64,000 nucleotides of DNA. Origin: Patescibacteria group bacterium (GTDB lineage Bacteria > Patescibacteriota > Microgenomatia > Levybacterales > UBA12049). Made by a program: the position numbers and the translations under genes. Below, piece by piece: positions 33,493 through 42,861 of the stretch (positions are counted from its first letter, which is position 1; the number at the start of each line of letters is the position of its first letter). The notes below the pieces were generated by a model. That model did no database searches. It was not told the origin of the DNA and worked only from the letters and a program-made list of their open reading frames with translations. The DNA lies in assembly GCA_035510535.1 (NCBI GenBank), contig DATKGY010000051.1, forward strand, positions 6,882-70,881. The letters run 5' to 3'.

Positions 33493-34562
33493 CGATTGTG
33501 TTTTTGGCTAGGAGGTTTTATCCCCAGATTGGCGGAGTAGAGAAGCATGTTCTGGAGGTAGGCAAGCGGTTGGTTAAAAAAGGCCATAAAGTTATCGTCA
33601 TCACGGAACTCGAAAAAAATACGAATGGTCAAAATTATCACTCTGTCTCCAAGAGCGCCAGGCTGACGGGAAAAGTCGCCGGAATCGAAATTTTCCGGAT
33701 TAACGCAGGCGCAAACGACTGGTTTAAGAAATTTCGGGTTTGGAAGCAGCTTTGGAAGCTAAAAAAAATAATCATAAGTGCTGACATTGTCCATTGTCAT
33801 GATGTCTTCTTCTGGTACCTTCCCTTCCGGTTTTTATATCCTACTAAAAAAGTCTTTACAACTTTCCACGGATATGAAGGAAATTCTATGCCGACAAAAA
33901 AAGCAATACTAATGCATAAGCTGGCCGAAAAGCTTTCTCATGGAAATATCTGTGTTGGAGATTTTTTAAAAAAATGGTACGGCACCAGACCAACTTTTAT
34001 AACCTATGGCGCAGTTGATAAAAAATTAATTGCGCAAGGTTCTAAATCTCAAAAACCGACTAAAGACGCGATTTTTATCGGAAGGCTGGAAGAAGAAGCC
34101 GGAATTCTAGAATATCTAAAAGTTTTAACTATTCTGAAAGGAAGGCATATGTCTTTGAGTCTAGATGTTTATGGGGACGGGGTTCTAAAAGATGAGTCAT
34201 TAAATTACTCAAAAAGCCATAATTTGAAGGTAAATTTCAAAGGGTTTGTTAATAGCGCCAGCGACTATATCAAGAATTATGAATATGTTTTTTGTTCAAG
34301 GTATTTAGGTATGCTTGAGGCAATGGCTTTGCAAAAACCGGTTTTTACACAATATAACAATGAGATAAAAAAAGATTATCTGCAAATGGCTCCGTTTGCA
34401 AAATATATTTCAATCACTAGTGATGCGGCTTTAATAAGTAATGCGGTGGAGAATTACATGGGAAAGAAAAATCTGGAAGTTGCACGAGCTTACCTTTGGG
34501 TAAAAAATGAAACCTGGGAGAAAATGGTTAATCTTTACTTAAGACTTTGGAACCGAGCTTAA
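33489..34562 (+). CDS. Glycosyltransferase, GT4-like (GT-B fold)
   Basis: N-terminal FYPQIGGVEKHV and GT-B architecture. Overlaps the upstream stop by 4 nt. Confidence 0.65.
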   Translation: MTIVFLARRFYPQIGGVEKHVLEVGKRLVKKGHKVIVITELEKNTNGQNYHSVSKSARLTGKVAGIEIFRINAGANDWFKKFRVWKQLWKLKKIIISADIVHCHDVFFWYLPFRFLYPTKKVFTTFHGYEGNSMPTKKAILMHKLAEKLSHGNICVGDFLKKWYGTRPTFITYGAVDKKLIAQGSKSQKPTKDAIFIGRLEEEAGILEYLKVLTILKGRHMSLSLDVYGDGVLKDESLNYSKSHNLKVNFKGFVNSASDYIKNYEYVFCSRYLGMLEAMALQKPVFTQYNNEIKKDYLQMAPFAKYISITSDAALISNAVENYMGKKNLEVARAYLWVKNETWEKMVNLYLRLWNRA

Positions 34563-36282
34563 ACCGTTTGCTCAAAAAATATATCAGCGAATAAAGCGTA
34601 ATCAAGATTAAGCTTATGATGCTTATAATTTTAGTTAATTGAAAAAGAAACAAATCTTGATAGGCTATTTTCAAAACTCCTTTCCCCTCCGACAGATTGA
34701 GAGTGATAATTCCATTCTTGTCAGGTTTCAACAAAATCGGCTTTCCGTTTAGAGTCGCTGTCCAGCCGGGAAAGTATAAAGTATTTTCATTCAATTTAAC
34801 CGGTGTTAATGCGTTAATCTTGTAGGTATGCAAAGTTGACGTTCTGGAAATTTCTATAACCTGGGCCTTACCCTGTGTAATTTCAATGTGTTTGGCCGGA
34901 ATTTTTGTAAACCATTGTTGTTTTGGGTTAACCCATTTTGGGAGCGCGTAAAAATGTTCATCTCCCCATTGGTAGCTTAAGGATAAATCACTCCTTAAGA
35001 TAGCATCATTTATCGTCGGTATGACTCTTCGGTTCCCCCAATTAAGAATTGTGGACCCGATGGCCAATAAAATTAGAGCATAGATTATCCATTTCCTTTT
35101 TATAGCTTTTGTAAAATAGCCGGCTAACAAAGACGTACAAAAAGCAACCGGAATTAAAATTCTTTGCGAACCGCTGTCTTTTATGAGAGGGAGATATTTC
35201 CAGATAAAACTAGAATATGGTAAAACAAAGAAAATATAGATTAAAAACAATGTTAACCACAATGCGATTATTTTCTTTGCGCTGCCGGCTCTTCTTCTAA
35301 GCAAAAGTATTATCAATAAGATTACGGTTAGGACTTGAGCGTATCCTAAAAGAAATGAAAGTTCTCCTTTTGGTCCCTGAAATAAAAATCCTAACCGCCA
35401 CGGAGAATATAGGAGATCCGCAATGGTTGGAAAATAAGGTAAATTCGAGGATGGGTGAGTAGATACAAATAGGTAGGGATAGTAGATGAGGGAGGCGGAC
35501 CACTGGAAAAAAGCGACCAATAATGAGATAAAAATAATTGCAAATGAATATAGCGCGGTTTTTGTAAATTGCTTCGCGGTTATGTAGACGTAAAGAATAA
35601 TTGCGGGAATTAGATATACGGCGACTGCAATATGGCTTAAGATTACTAATCCGAGCATTAATCCTGCGAGTAGGATGTAAACGATTTTCTTGCCGTTAAT
35701 AAATTTATGCAGAAAGTAAAAAATTAAGGGAATTAGAGTATAGGCAAGAATTTCTCCGATAGTAATCCGAAAATGGACGTCAATTAAATGATAAGGGGCA
35801 AATAAATAAAAGATTGAAACGGTAAAAGCAGTAAGCGTGTTTTTGAAATAATTCTTAGAGAAGAGGTACATAAACACTCCGGAGAGAAAAATATTTAAGG
35901 CAAGAAAATTTTTTAAGCTTGCGACAAAAGAAAACCCTAGGAAATGAAATAAGGAAATTATGTAGTAGGGAAGGATGTAATTAAAGGCAAATAGGGGATA
36001 GCCATAAGTTGCATTTAGGTCTCCGGCCCATGTTGGAATAACATTACCTTGCGAGAGTAAATTGTAAAACTCCATAGCTCTTCGGATATGCAAATCAAAG
36101 TCGCCGCTTTCGTAAACGCCTGCTCTGGCGATACTAATTATCGGTAGAACAGAAATTACCAGCAGTAAGGCAAATAAATTAATCTTTTTCTTGGGGAAAA
36201 TAAATTTGTAAAATAATGCTCCGCCCAAAACTATTAAAGAGCAAATTAGATTAATAGCTACCATTTGGTAAGGTCCAATCAT
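34528..36282 (-). CDS. Polytopic membrane protein, GT-C-like (PMT/ArnT/YfhO-type) putative glycosyltransferase
   Basis: 584 aa with more than 10 predicted TM helices and a C-terminal soluble domain. Sits in the glycosylation locus. The family assignment is an inference. Confidence 0.4.
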   Translation of the reverse strand: MIGPYQMVAINLICSLIVLGGALFYKFIFPKKKINLFALLLVISVLPIISIARAGVYESGDFDLHIRRAMEFYNLLSQGNVIPTWAGDLNATYGYPLFAFNYILPYYIISLFHFLGFSFVASLKNFLALNIFLSGVFMYLFSKNYFKNTLTAFTVSIFYLFAPYHLIDVHFRITIGEILAYTLIPLIFYFLHKFINGKKIVYILLAGLMLGLVILSHIAVAVYLIPAIILYVYITAKQFTKTALYSFAIIFISLLVAFFQWSASLIYYPYLFVSTHPSSNLPYFPTIADLLYSPWRLGFLFQGPKGELSFLLGYAQVLTVILLIILLLRRRAGSAKKIIALWLTLFLIYIFFVLPYSSFIWKYLPLIKDSGSQRILIPVAFCTSLLAGYFTKAIKRKWIIYALILLAIGSTILNWGNRRVIPTINDAILRSDLSLSYQWGDEHFYALPKWVNPKQQWFTKIPAKHIEITQGKAQVIEISRTSTLHTYKINALTPVKLNENTLYFPGWTATLNGKPILLKPDKNGIITLNLSEGKGVLKIAYQDLFLFQLTKIISIISLILITLYSLIYFLSKRFKLGSKVLSKD

Positions 36283-36286
36283 AACT

Positions 36287-38251
36287 TTATTTTATAGCAT
36301 ATAAGTAATAAGTTGGATATCCATTATAAACCGAAATAAGAGTGTATTTAGAAGAATTACAATTTGTAATACCGGTGTTTTTACAAAACCAGTTGATGTC
36401 CCCGCCTTTAATAAATAGTTTGGTAATCCCCCATTTCTTCAAAGCGGAAAATGACGAACTATTACCGTTAAAGATAAAATTAATATCAATAAACTTAAAA
36501 TTTGCATAATAGTAGCCGAATATTTGATAAGTTGCGACGTAGTCTTCTTTGGAAATATGTTTCGCAAACTTTCCTCCAAAATCGTAATAGCTGGAATTAT
36601 CTCTTAATAAGATTCTGGTCAGATAATTATTTTCGTTGGCAATGCTAAATGAATAAGGCAAGATAAGTAATTGATTAATAAAATAATAAATAAATAAAAT
36701 CAAAAGCACTAAACTTATAAGTAATTTAATCAATTTGAATTTAGAAACTATATTGTAGATTCCCAACGATGCAAGAAATATCAGGGGAATATAAAGCCCG
36801 ATTAGATAACGCCCGTAAATATATTGTGTTATCAGGTAAAAAAGAAATGTTATCAATAAAAAAATGAAAACGTTTAATTTTAGAAACTTCAGGTTATTTC
36901 TTAATCTATAAATTATTAAACATATTCCAATAAAAAACAGCGGACTAAAAACATTAATTAACGAACCAGGATTTAAAAGGTAAAGATTTATGCCTAAATA
37001 GTGAAACAATCCATAATAGTCTTTTTCGTAGCCGAAACTTGTCAGGTTCGTGAAGGCCGGGAATAGAGGATTGCCGGTAAGAATAAACGCTCTTAGAAAC
37101 CAAATAAAGGATGTTACAATTATTCCTGAACAAAAAATAAAAATATGCCTAAGCTTTTGTCTTAAGGGTTCATAAATTGTAATTAATAAAAAAACAATCG
37201 AAACAGGAATAAAGATAATTGTCCAAAGTTTAGTCGAAAGCATTGCTCCTAAGAAAATACCGGACAAAAGATACTCCTTGGTTGATAATTTTTTGCCGTT
37301 TAATAAAATTAGTAGCGAGAGCAATAAGTAAAATACCCACTGAAAGTCTGTGTAGGGGGAGGACGTTTCGTGAATGACAACCGGCGCTGTGGCAAATAGT
37401 AGTGGTACGTAGATAGCAAAACTATAGCCCTTGATTTTGGAAAACTGCAGTAAAGTTAATAAAATAAGTAAGTAAAATGCGAAATGGATATATCTGGCGG
37501 ATTCAACCGACCATAGGAATATGCCGGCCATGTAGGACATTTCGACCATCATCGGGGCGGCTGAAACATGCAGCTGTTCAAGTGGTGGAATCATTATGGT
37601 TTTCTTAGTAAGGTAAATTCGGGGAAAATCGACATGGTATTGGTCTTCCCTGATTTCAGGATTGATTAACGTTACAGAAGCCAAAAATATAAAAAGAGTT
37701 AACCATAGGAACACGAACTTATTAGTTTTTATTTCAAAGATAGCGGTTTTGATAAGAAGTTTTAAGTAAGAAGCTAATTTAAAAACATGGAAAAACGGAT
37801 ATAAGGCAATCAAAGATATGAGTAGAAGATAGGTAATTAAAATAGTGGTCGTGAGCAGCGAAAAAACACCTAGCAGTCCAATCCCCGTACAGAAAAGTAT
37901 ATATCCAAGTCCGATATCAATTAAATAATTAAAATTAGGAAAGTTAATTTTTAAAAGACGACGGATTTTTCCGCCCAATAAGTATGAGGCAACAATCAGA
38001 GCCATTGAAAGAAAAATGCCGGTAAAAAAAGTAATAAAAACACTTAAGTCGGGAAATCCGCCAATATAGTCATGTTTAAGTAAAACTATTCTGGCTAAAA
38101 TATTTGCAGGCAAACTAAAAAGCAACTTATCCAACATTCCTATGTATTCTAAGCTACAAGATGCTATAATTTCAACCATCATATAGAATATGCAAAAGCT
38201 TCGAACAACCTTAATTTGCACGGTACTTAACGAAGAAAAGACAATCGGCAA
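36287..38251 (-). CDS. Polytopic membrane protein, GT-C-like. Start ambiguous (38251, 38182 or 38137).
   Basis: 654 aa, many TM helices, C-terminal soluble domain. The longest ORF overlaps the divergent gene start at 38190, so an internal Met is likely. Confidence 0.4.
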   Translation of the reverse strand: MPIVFSSLSTVQIKVVRSFCIFYMMVEIIASCSLEYIGMLDKLLFSLPANILARIVLLKHDYIGGFPDLSVFITFFTGIFLSMALIVASYLLGGKIRRLLKINFPNFNYLIDIGLGYILFCTGIGLLGVFSLLTTTILITYLLLISLIALYPFFHVFKLASYLKLLIKTAIFEIKTNKFVFLWLTLFIFLASVTLINPEIREDQYHVDFPRIYLTKKTIMIPPLEQLHVSAAPMMVEMSYMAGIFLWSVESARYIHFAFYLLILLTLLQFSKIKGYSFAIYVPLLFATAPVVIHETSSPYTDFQWVFYLLLSLLILLNGKKLSTKEYLLSGIFLGAMLSTKLWTIIFIPVSIVFLLITIYEPLRQKLRHIFIFCSGIIVTSFIWFLRAFILTGNPLFPAFTNLTSFGYEKDYYGLFHYLGINLYLLNPGSLINVFSPLFFIGICLIIYRLRNNLKFLKLNVFIFLLITFLFYLITQYIYGRYLIGLYIPLIFLASLGIYNIVSKFKLIKLLISLVLLILFIYYFINQLLILPYSFSIANENNYLTRILLRDNSSYYDFGGKFAKHISKEDYVATYQIFGYYYANFKFIDINFIFNGNSSSFSALKKWGITKLFIKGGDINWFCKNTGITNCNSSKYTLISVYNGYPTYYLYAIK

Positions 38252-40808
38252 ATTCTTAGATTCAATAGCTAGTCAGTCGAAGTTTCCCAATGAAATAATC
38301 ATCGTTGATGGTGGCTCAGAAGATAAAACCGTACAAAAAATCTCCGAATTTAAATTCCCTTCCGCTACAAGTTTTCCGAACATAAAATTGTTGTTCAAAA
38401 ATGGCAACAGAGCTGCTGGTAGAAATGAGGCAATTAAAAAAGCATCAGGAGAGATAATTTTAATCTCCGATTCGGGGTGTGTTTTAGATAAAAATTGGGT
38501 TAGAAACATTCTGCAGCCGTTCAGCGATAAAAAAACGGATGTCGTAGCGGGATACTACAACGGATTTGCAAAAAATGTTTTTCAAAAATGCTTAATACCT
38601 TATGTGCTAGTGATGCCAGATAAAGTTAATAAGGACGAATTTCTACCGGCGACCAGATCAATGGCTTTTCGAAAACATGTGTGGGAAAAACTTGGGGGTT
38701 TTGATAAAAATCTTTCACACAATGAAGACTATGCATTCGCTAATAAAATTAAAGACGCTGGTTTTAATGTTTGTTTTCAGAAAAGCGCTATTGTTTATTG
38801 GCTTCCGCGGAAGAATATCTTCCAAGCTTTTAAGATGTTTTTTAGGTTTGCTTTAGGAGACGTACAGGCAGGTATCTTTCGCGAAAAAGTCCTCTATATT
38901 TTTTTGAGGTATATTTTAGCAGTTTATCTTTTAATACTAAGTTTTATTGAAAAATCTTTGTTGCCTAGTTTATTTTTAATACTTAGTTTGGCAGGCTATA
39001 TCAGTTGGTCGGTTTGGAAAAACTATAAATATGTTAAAGATCCCAAGGCGCTCATTTACTTACCCCTACTGCAGTTTACGTCCGATTTAGCGGTAATTTT
39101 GGGTTCAACTTTAGGTCTACTGCAAAAAATCTCGCTCAAAGCCTTGCGCAGTTTAATACTTAACAACAAAGGGGTGTCTTTAATAGTCGCATTATATATA
39201 GTATCGATGCTGGCTGTAATTACGTATGGAATTCCCAGCCCGTCTCATCCGTTTGATTATTTTATGGATGAATGGCATCAGTCGCAGTCGGTGCGTAATC
39301 TTTTCACATTGGGTACTCCAAATGTAACGGGTTCGGCCAATGGTTCAATCTTCCAGTTCTTTCTTTCCGGATTATATTTAATTCCTTTTTACGTTTTGCA
39401 TATCGTGAATCCTTTTGCCATAAAATCTTCGGTGTTAAATCTTGAAATGCAATCCAGATTGTTCGAGATATTCAAACTTAATACGCTTCTTTTTGGCGTC
39501 GCATCAATATCGCTTATCGCCTACATCGTCAAGAAATATGGCAAAATAGCGCCATTTTTGGCGGTTTTCCTATTTACCGTTAATCCGATTTGGCTGATGT
39601 TAAGTAATTATTTTAAATATGATATTGCTTTAATCTTTTGGAGCTTAATGTCGTTTTTATTTTTCGTCAGATATGCCGTAAAGCCTAATTTTACGGATTA
39701 TCTATTAGCCGGAATCTTTACCGCGCTAGCATTATCGACAAAGTTGCTAAGCCCTATGCCTTTATTTATCGTTTATATCTTAATCTTCTTTTTGTACACG
39801 CCCGACCTAAGAAAAAAGCTCAAAACTTTATTTGTTGGAATCGTTGCGACCATTTTTATTTTTTCCGCATTTGGGATTCCCGACGTAATTTTAGGAAGGG
39901 GAAGTTTATACGACTACCTTTATGCGAATCTTGTGCAAACGCCTATCTCTAACACTGCTAATTTTATTTTGGGGATGAATTATGAATGGTATTTTTTGAC
40001 AAAACTTTATCCGACAATTTTTGGTCGTGTCCTGTACGGATTGTTTTTGTTTTCTTTAGTTTGTGGTTTAATCGTAATTTTTCAGAAAGCTTTGCAAACG
40101 CGTTCGTTTTTATCGCTTAAAACATGGGCGCTTGAGAAAAATAAGCTGGGAACCTTAGCATTCCTGACATTTCTAATTTTCGCTGTCAGTTTGTATCCGC
40201 TAAAAGTTGAGGCGACCAACAACCGGGTTCTGGTTTTATTACCTTTTATGGTAATTATGGTAGCTTTGTTTCTAAATCACATTTGGTGGTGGTCAAAGAA
40301 TAAATTTGTAAAAGGTGCACTGATAATACTCGTAATTATCCTGCTCGGAATCCAATTCGCAGAAAGTTATTCATGGTTTCCCATAAAACTAAGCGCCGAT
40401 CCTAGGCAAACTTCTTCTAGCTGGATTATCCAAAATTTCCCCAAAGGAACATTAATTGGGATTGAGAATATTCCAATTTATCAACATCTCCCAAACATAA
40501 TTTTAAAAGAGTTCTATCTAGAACAATATGGGGTAGGAATTGACGCAAATTTTAAATATAATGTTATCAATAGTAGGAGTGCGTTTTTGCCTAAGGTTTT
40601 GGTAATAACCAATGATGAGTTGGAGAAGTCTTATTTGCGAAAATCCGATAAAACAAATTTGGTTAACAGGTTAAAAAACAATGGATATAAAGTTATCGTA
40701 CGGTTTAAGCCTGACTTTAAGTATTTCAAGATTTTTAATGATGAATTAGAATATTACATGTCAGGACTTGTCCAAGCGCCTAATACAATTTCCATTTATG
40801 AAAAATAA
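38190..40808 (+). CDS. Fusion protein: N-terminal GT2 glycosyltransferase plus a C-terminal polytopic GT-C (PMT/ArnT-like) domain
   Basis: GT2 motifs CTVLNEEKTI, IIIVDGGSEDKT, ISDSGC, NEDYAF in the first 230 aa or so. About 640 aa of TM-rich GT-C-like sequence follows. Confidence 0.6.
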   Translation: MQKLRTTLICTVLNEEKTIGKFLDSIASQSKFPNEIIIVDGGSEDKTVQKISEFKFPSATSFPNIKLLFKNGNRAAGRNEAIKKASGEIILISDSGCVLDKNWVRNILQPFSDKKTDVVAGYYNGFAKNVFQKCLIPYVLVMPDKVNKDEFLPATRSMAFRKHVWEKLGGFDKNLSHNEDYAFANKIKDAGFNVCFQKSAIVYWLPRKNIFQAFKMFFRFALGDVQAGIFREKVLYIFLRYILAVYLLILSFIEKSLLPSLFLILSLAGYISWSVWKNYKYVKDPKALIYLPLLQFTSDLAVILGSTLGLLQKISLKALRSLILNNKGVSLIVALYIVSMLAVITYGIPSPSHPFDYFMDEWHQSQSVRNLFTLGTPNVTGSANGSIFQFFLSGLYLIPFYVLHIVNPFAIKSSVLNLEMQSRLFEIFKLNTLLFGVASISLIAYIVKKYGKIAPFLAVFLFTVNPIWLMLSNYFKYDIALIFWSLMSFLFFVRYAVKPNFTDYLLAGIFTALALSTKLLSPMPLFIVYILIFFLYTPDLRKKLKTLFVGIVATIFIFSAFGIPDVILGRGSLYDYLYANLVQTPISNTANFILGMNYEWYFLTKLYPTIFGRVLYGLFLFSLVCGLIVIFQKALQTRSFLSLKTWALEKNKLGTLAFLTFLIFAVSLYPLKVEATNNRVLVLLPFMVIMVALFLNHIWWWSKNKFVKGALIILVIILLGIQFAESYSWFPIKLSADPRQTSSSWIIQNFPKGTLIGIENIPIYQHLPNIILKEFYLEQYGVGIDANFKYNVINSRSAFLPKVLVITNDELEKSYLRKSDKTNLVNRLKNNGYKVIVRFKPDFKYFKIFNDELEYYMSGLVQAPNTISIYEK

Positions 40809-41514
40809 TAGTGATATTTCAATTGTAATTCCGTCATACAACGAAGTTCAAAGCATAGCGGTTTTACTTAAGGGAATTGATATACAGCTTCCCGGCGCAA
40901 AAATTATTATCGTTGATGACTCGCTCCCCGCCGAAAATGCAAAATTAAAAAAGATCGTTGGCAGCAGGAAAGATATTATCTTAATTTCCCGACTGAAAAA
41001 GGCCGGTAGAGGAAGTGCCGTGATGGATGGATTTAGGCAGGCGCTCAAAGATAAAAAAATGCGTTACGTTTTTGAGATGGACTCGGATTTGGCTCATGAT
41101 CCCAAAGAATTTAAGCGGTTTTTGCAAAAAAGAGACGATTCGACGGGACTGATTATCGGTTCAAGGTATTTGCCGGGCGGAAAAATTATTAATATCGCCC
41201 CAAACAGGACAATTATGAGTAGAGTTATTAATAAGTTTTTATATTATTGGTTGGGGATGCGCCTCACCGACCATACCAGCGGATTCAGGCTTTACAACAG
41301 AAAAGCCGTAGAGTTTCTAACAAACGCAAAAATAGAATCAAAGGGTTTTATTGCTCTTTCGGAAACCGCTTATAAATTACATTTGGGAGGATTTAAAATC
41401 AGAGAAGTTCCGATTACGTGGAATTATCGGATTTACGGCAAGTCAAATGTTAGCTTGAGGGAATTATTCAATTCCTTAACCTTTGTAATAAAGATGAGGA
41501 TAGCTGCTAATTAA
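40798..41514 (+). CDS. Polyprenol-phosphate sugar synthase-like GT2 (Dpm1/ArnC/GtrB type)
   Basis: ISIVIPSYNE, IIIVDDSLP, MDSDLAHDP, GSRY and SGFRLY motifs. ATG 40798 is preferred over the ORF-track start 40768. Confidence 0.7.
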   Translation: MKNNSDISIVIPSYNEVQSIAVLLKGIDIQLPGAKIIIVDDSLPAENAKLKKIVGSRKDIILISRLKKAGRGSAVMDGFRQALKDKKMRYVFEMDSDLAHDPKEFKRFLQKRDDSTGLIIGSRYLPGGKIINIAPNRTIMSRVINKFLYYWLGMRLTDHTSGFRLYNRKAVEFLTNAKIESKGFIALSETAYKLHLGGFKIREVPITWNYRIYGKSNVSLRELFNSLTFVIKMRIAAN

Positions 41515-42725
41515 ATAATCTTAAGGACTGGAAGAGGAAAAATAAAATGTCCGCCGCTTTGTAAATATTTCTTCTCCCTTCTTAAAAACTCTTGTTTGAA
41601 AAACCAAGGTAGGATTAGCATATAATCGGGTTTGTCTTTTCTTGCCTGCACTTCGGAGATGATCGGAATACCCACGGAGGCAATAATTTTTCCCCATTTT
41701 TCCGGATTTCTTTCAACTGCTTTTTGGATTAAACTTTGATCTAGGCCAAAATATTGAAGAAGCGTATTGCCTCTGGTTGAAGCCCCATAAAGATAGACTT
41801 TTTTCCCATTCTTATTAACTTTTTGTATAAATTCAAATAGTTTCTGTTTATTGTGCTTAATCCTTTTGGCAAAATCCATGTACACTTTTTTATTGTTTAG
41901 CTTAAGCCTTTTTTCGTATTTTTCCATTTTTATAACAGCTTTTGTTTTTCTTCTTTGTCCTTTGCTGGTGATATAAGTGCGGAAACTGCCGCCGTTAAGC
42001 TCCCGCTCTTCCAGATCAAAAATTTCCAAATCATGTTTTGCCAACAAATGATTTAAAGACAAAAGAGAATAATACTCCAGATGTTCATGGACAATGTTGT
42101 CAAAAGCATTCTGCTTTAGCATTCCCACTAAATAGTTCTGTTGGATTATAAAGATGCCATTATCTTTCATGATTTTCTTGACATCCTCAACAAACTTGTT
42201 CGGATTTTCCATATCATAAAAGCAGGAAATTGCAGTAACGATATCGGCTTTTTTGTTCTTAAGAATTTTTTGGTAGGAATTGTAGTTAAAGAAATCATTC
42301 ACGACTTTGTCGGAATGCTTTTTAGCTTCTTTGGCAAACTTAGTGATTGGCTCAACCGCTACCCGAAAGATATTCTTAGGATAGTTTCTAAGTAACGTTC
42401 CGTCATTAGCGCCAATGTCAACCACGACAATATCTTTGTTTTTCTTTTTAATTCTTTTTAGAGCTTGCTTGGCAATTCCTTCAAGTTCATCTTGCATTGT
42501 TTGGTTAATGCCCGATTTGTAGCCATACCGTTCGGTGTACAAATATTTTTGGGGAGTGGTATATTCCAACTGCACCAAAAAGCATTGCTTACAGAGCATT
42601 AATTTTAAAGGAAATGATTTTGGTTTACGGTTCGTCTTGACAAAGTCCGAAAGGTATTGATTTCCCAAAGAAATAATTTCGATTAGGTTATTGGAATTAC
42701 AGGACCGGCAATTTTTAATTTTCAT
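41511..42725 (-). CDS. NDP-hexose C-methyltransferase family protein (TylCIII-like)
   Basis: N-terminal zinc-ribbon CRSCNS...CKQC, SAM motif VVDIGANDGTLL, and the C-terminal domain typical of sugar C-methyltransferases. Confidence 0.65.
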   Translation of the reverse strand: MKIKNCRSCNSNNLIEIISLGNQYLSDFVKTNRKPKSFPLKLMLCKQCFLVQLEYTTPQKYLYTERYGYKSGINQTMQDELEGIAKQALKRIKKKNKDIVVVDIGANDGTLLRNYPKNIFRVAVEPITKFAKEAKKHSDKVVNDFFNYNSYQKILKNKKADIVTAISCFYDMENPNKFVEDVKKIMKDNGIFIIQQNYLVGMLKQNAFDNIVHEHLEYYSLLSLNHLLAKHDLEIFDLEERELNGGSFRTYITSKGQRRKTKAVIKMEKYEKRLKLNNKKVYMDFAKRIKHNKQKLFEFIQKVNKNGKKVYLYGASTRGNTLLQYFGLDQSLIQKAVERNPEKWGKIIASVGIPIISEVQARKDKPDYMLILPWFFKQEFLRREKKYLQSGGHFIFPLPVLKII

Positions 42726-42861
42726 CTAAAACTTGAGGCAGTCGTTCTATTATAATCTGTGAATTGCGCACATTTCAAGTAGCTTATTGTGGCGTCTCAG
42801 AGTTCAAGATGTACGTTCACTTATAAACTAGTATCGTAGCTAAATTTGGGTAGGTTAATCT

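Noticed and set aside
32408-33641. ORFs 32408-32758 (+) and 33120-33641 (-) overlapping the C39-like gene, the methyltransferase and the GT4 gene.
   Set aside because: They are antisense or overlapping AT-rich ORFs with low-complexity Ile/Lys/Phe-rich products. The overlapped genes have clear family motifs.
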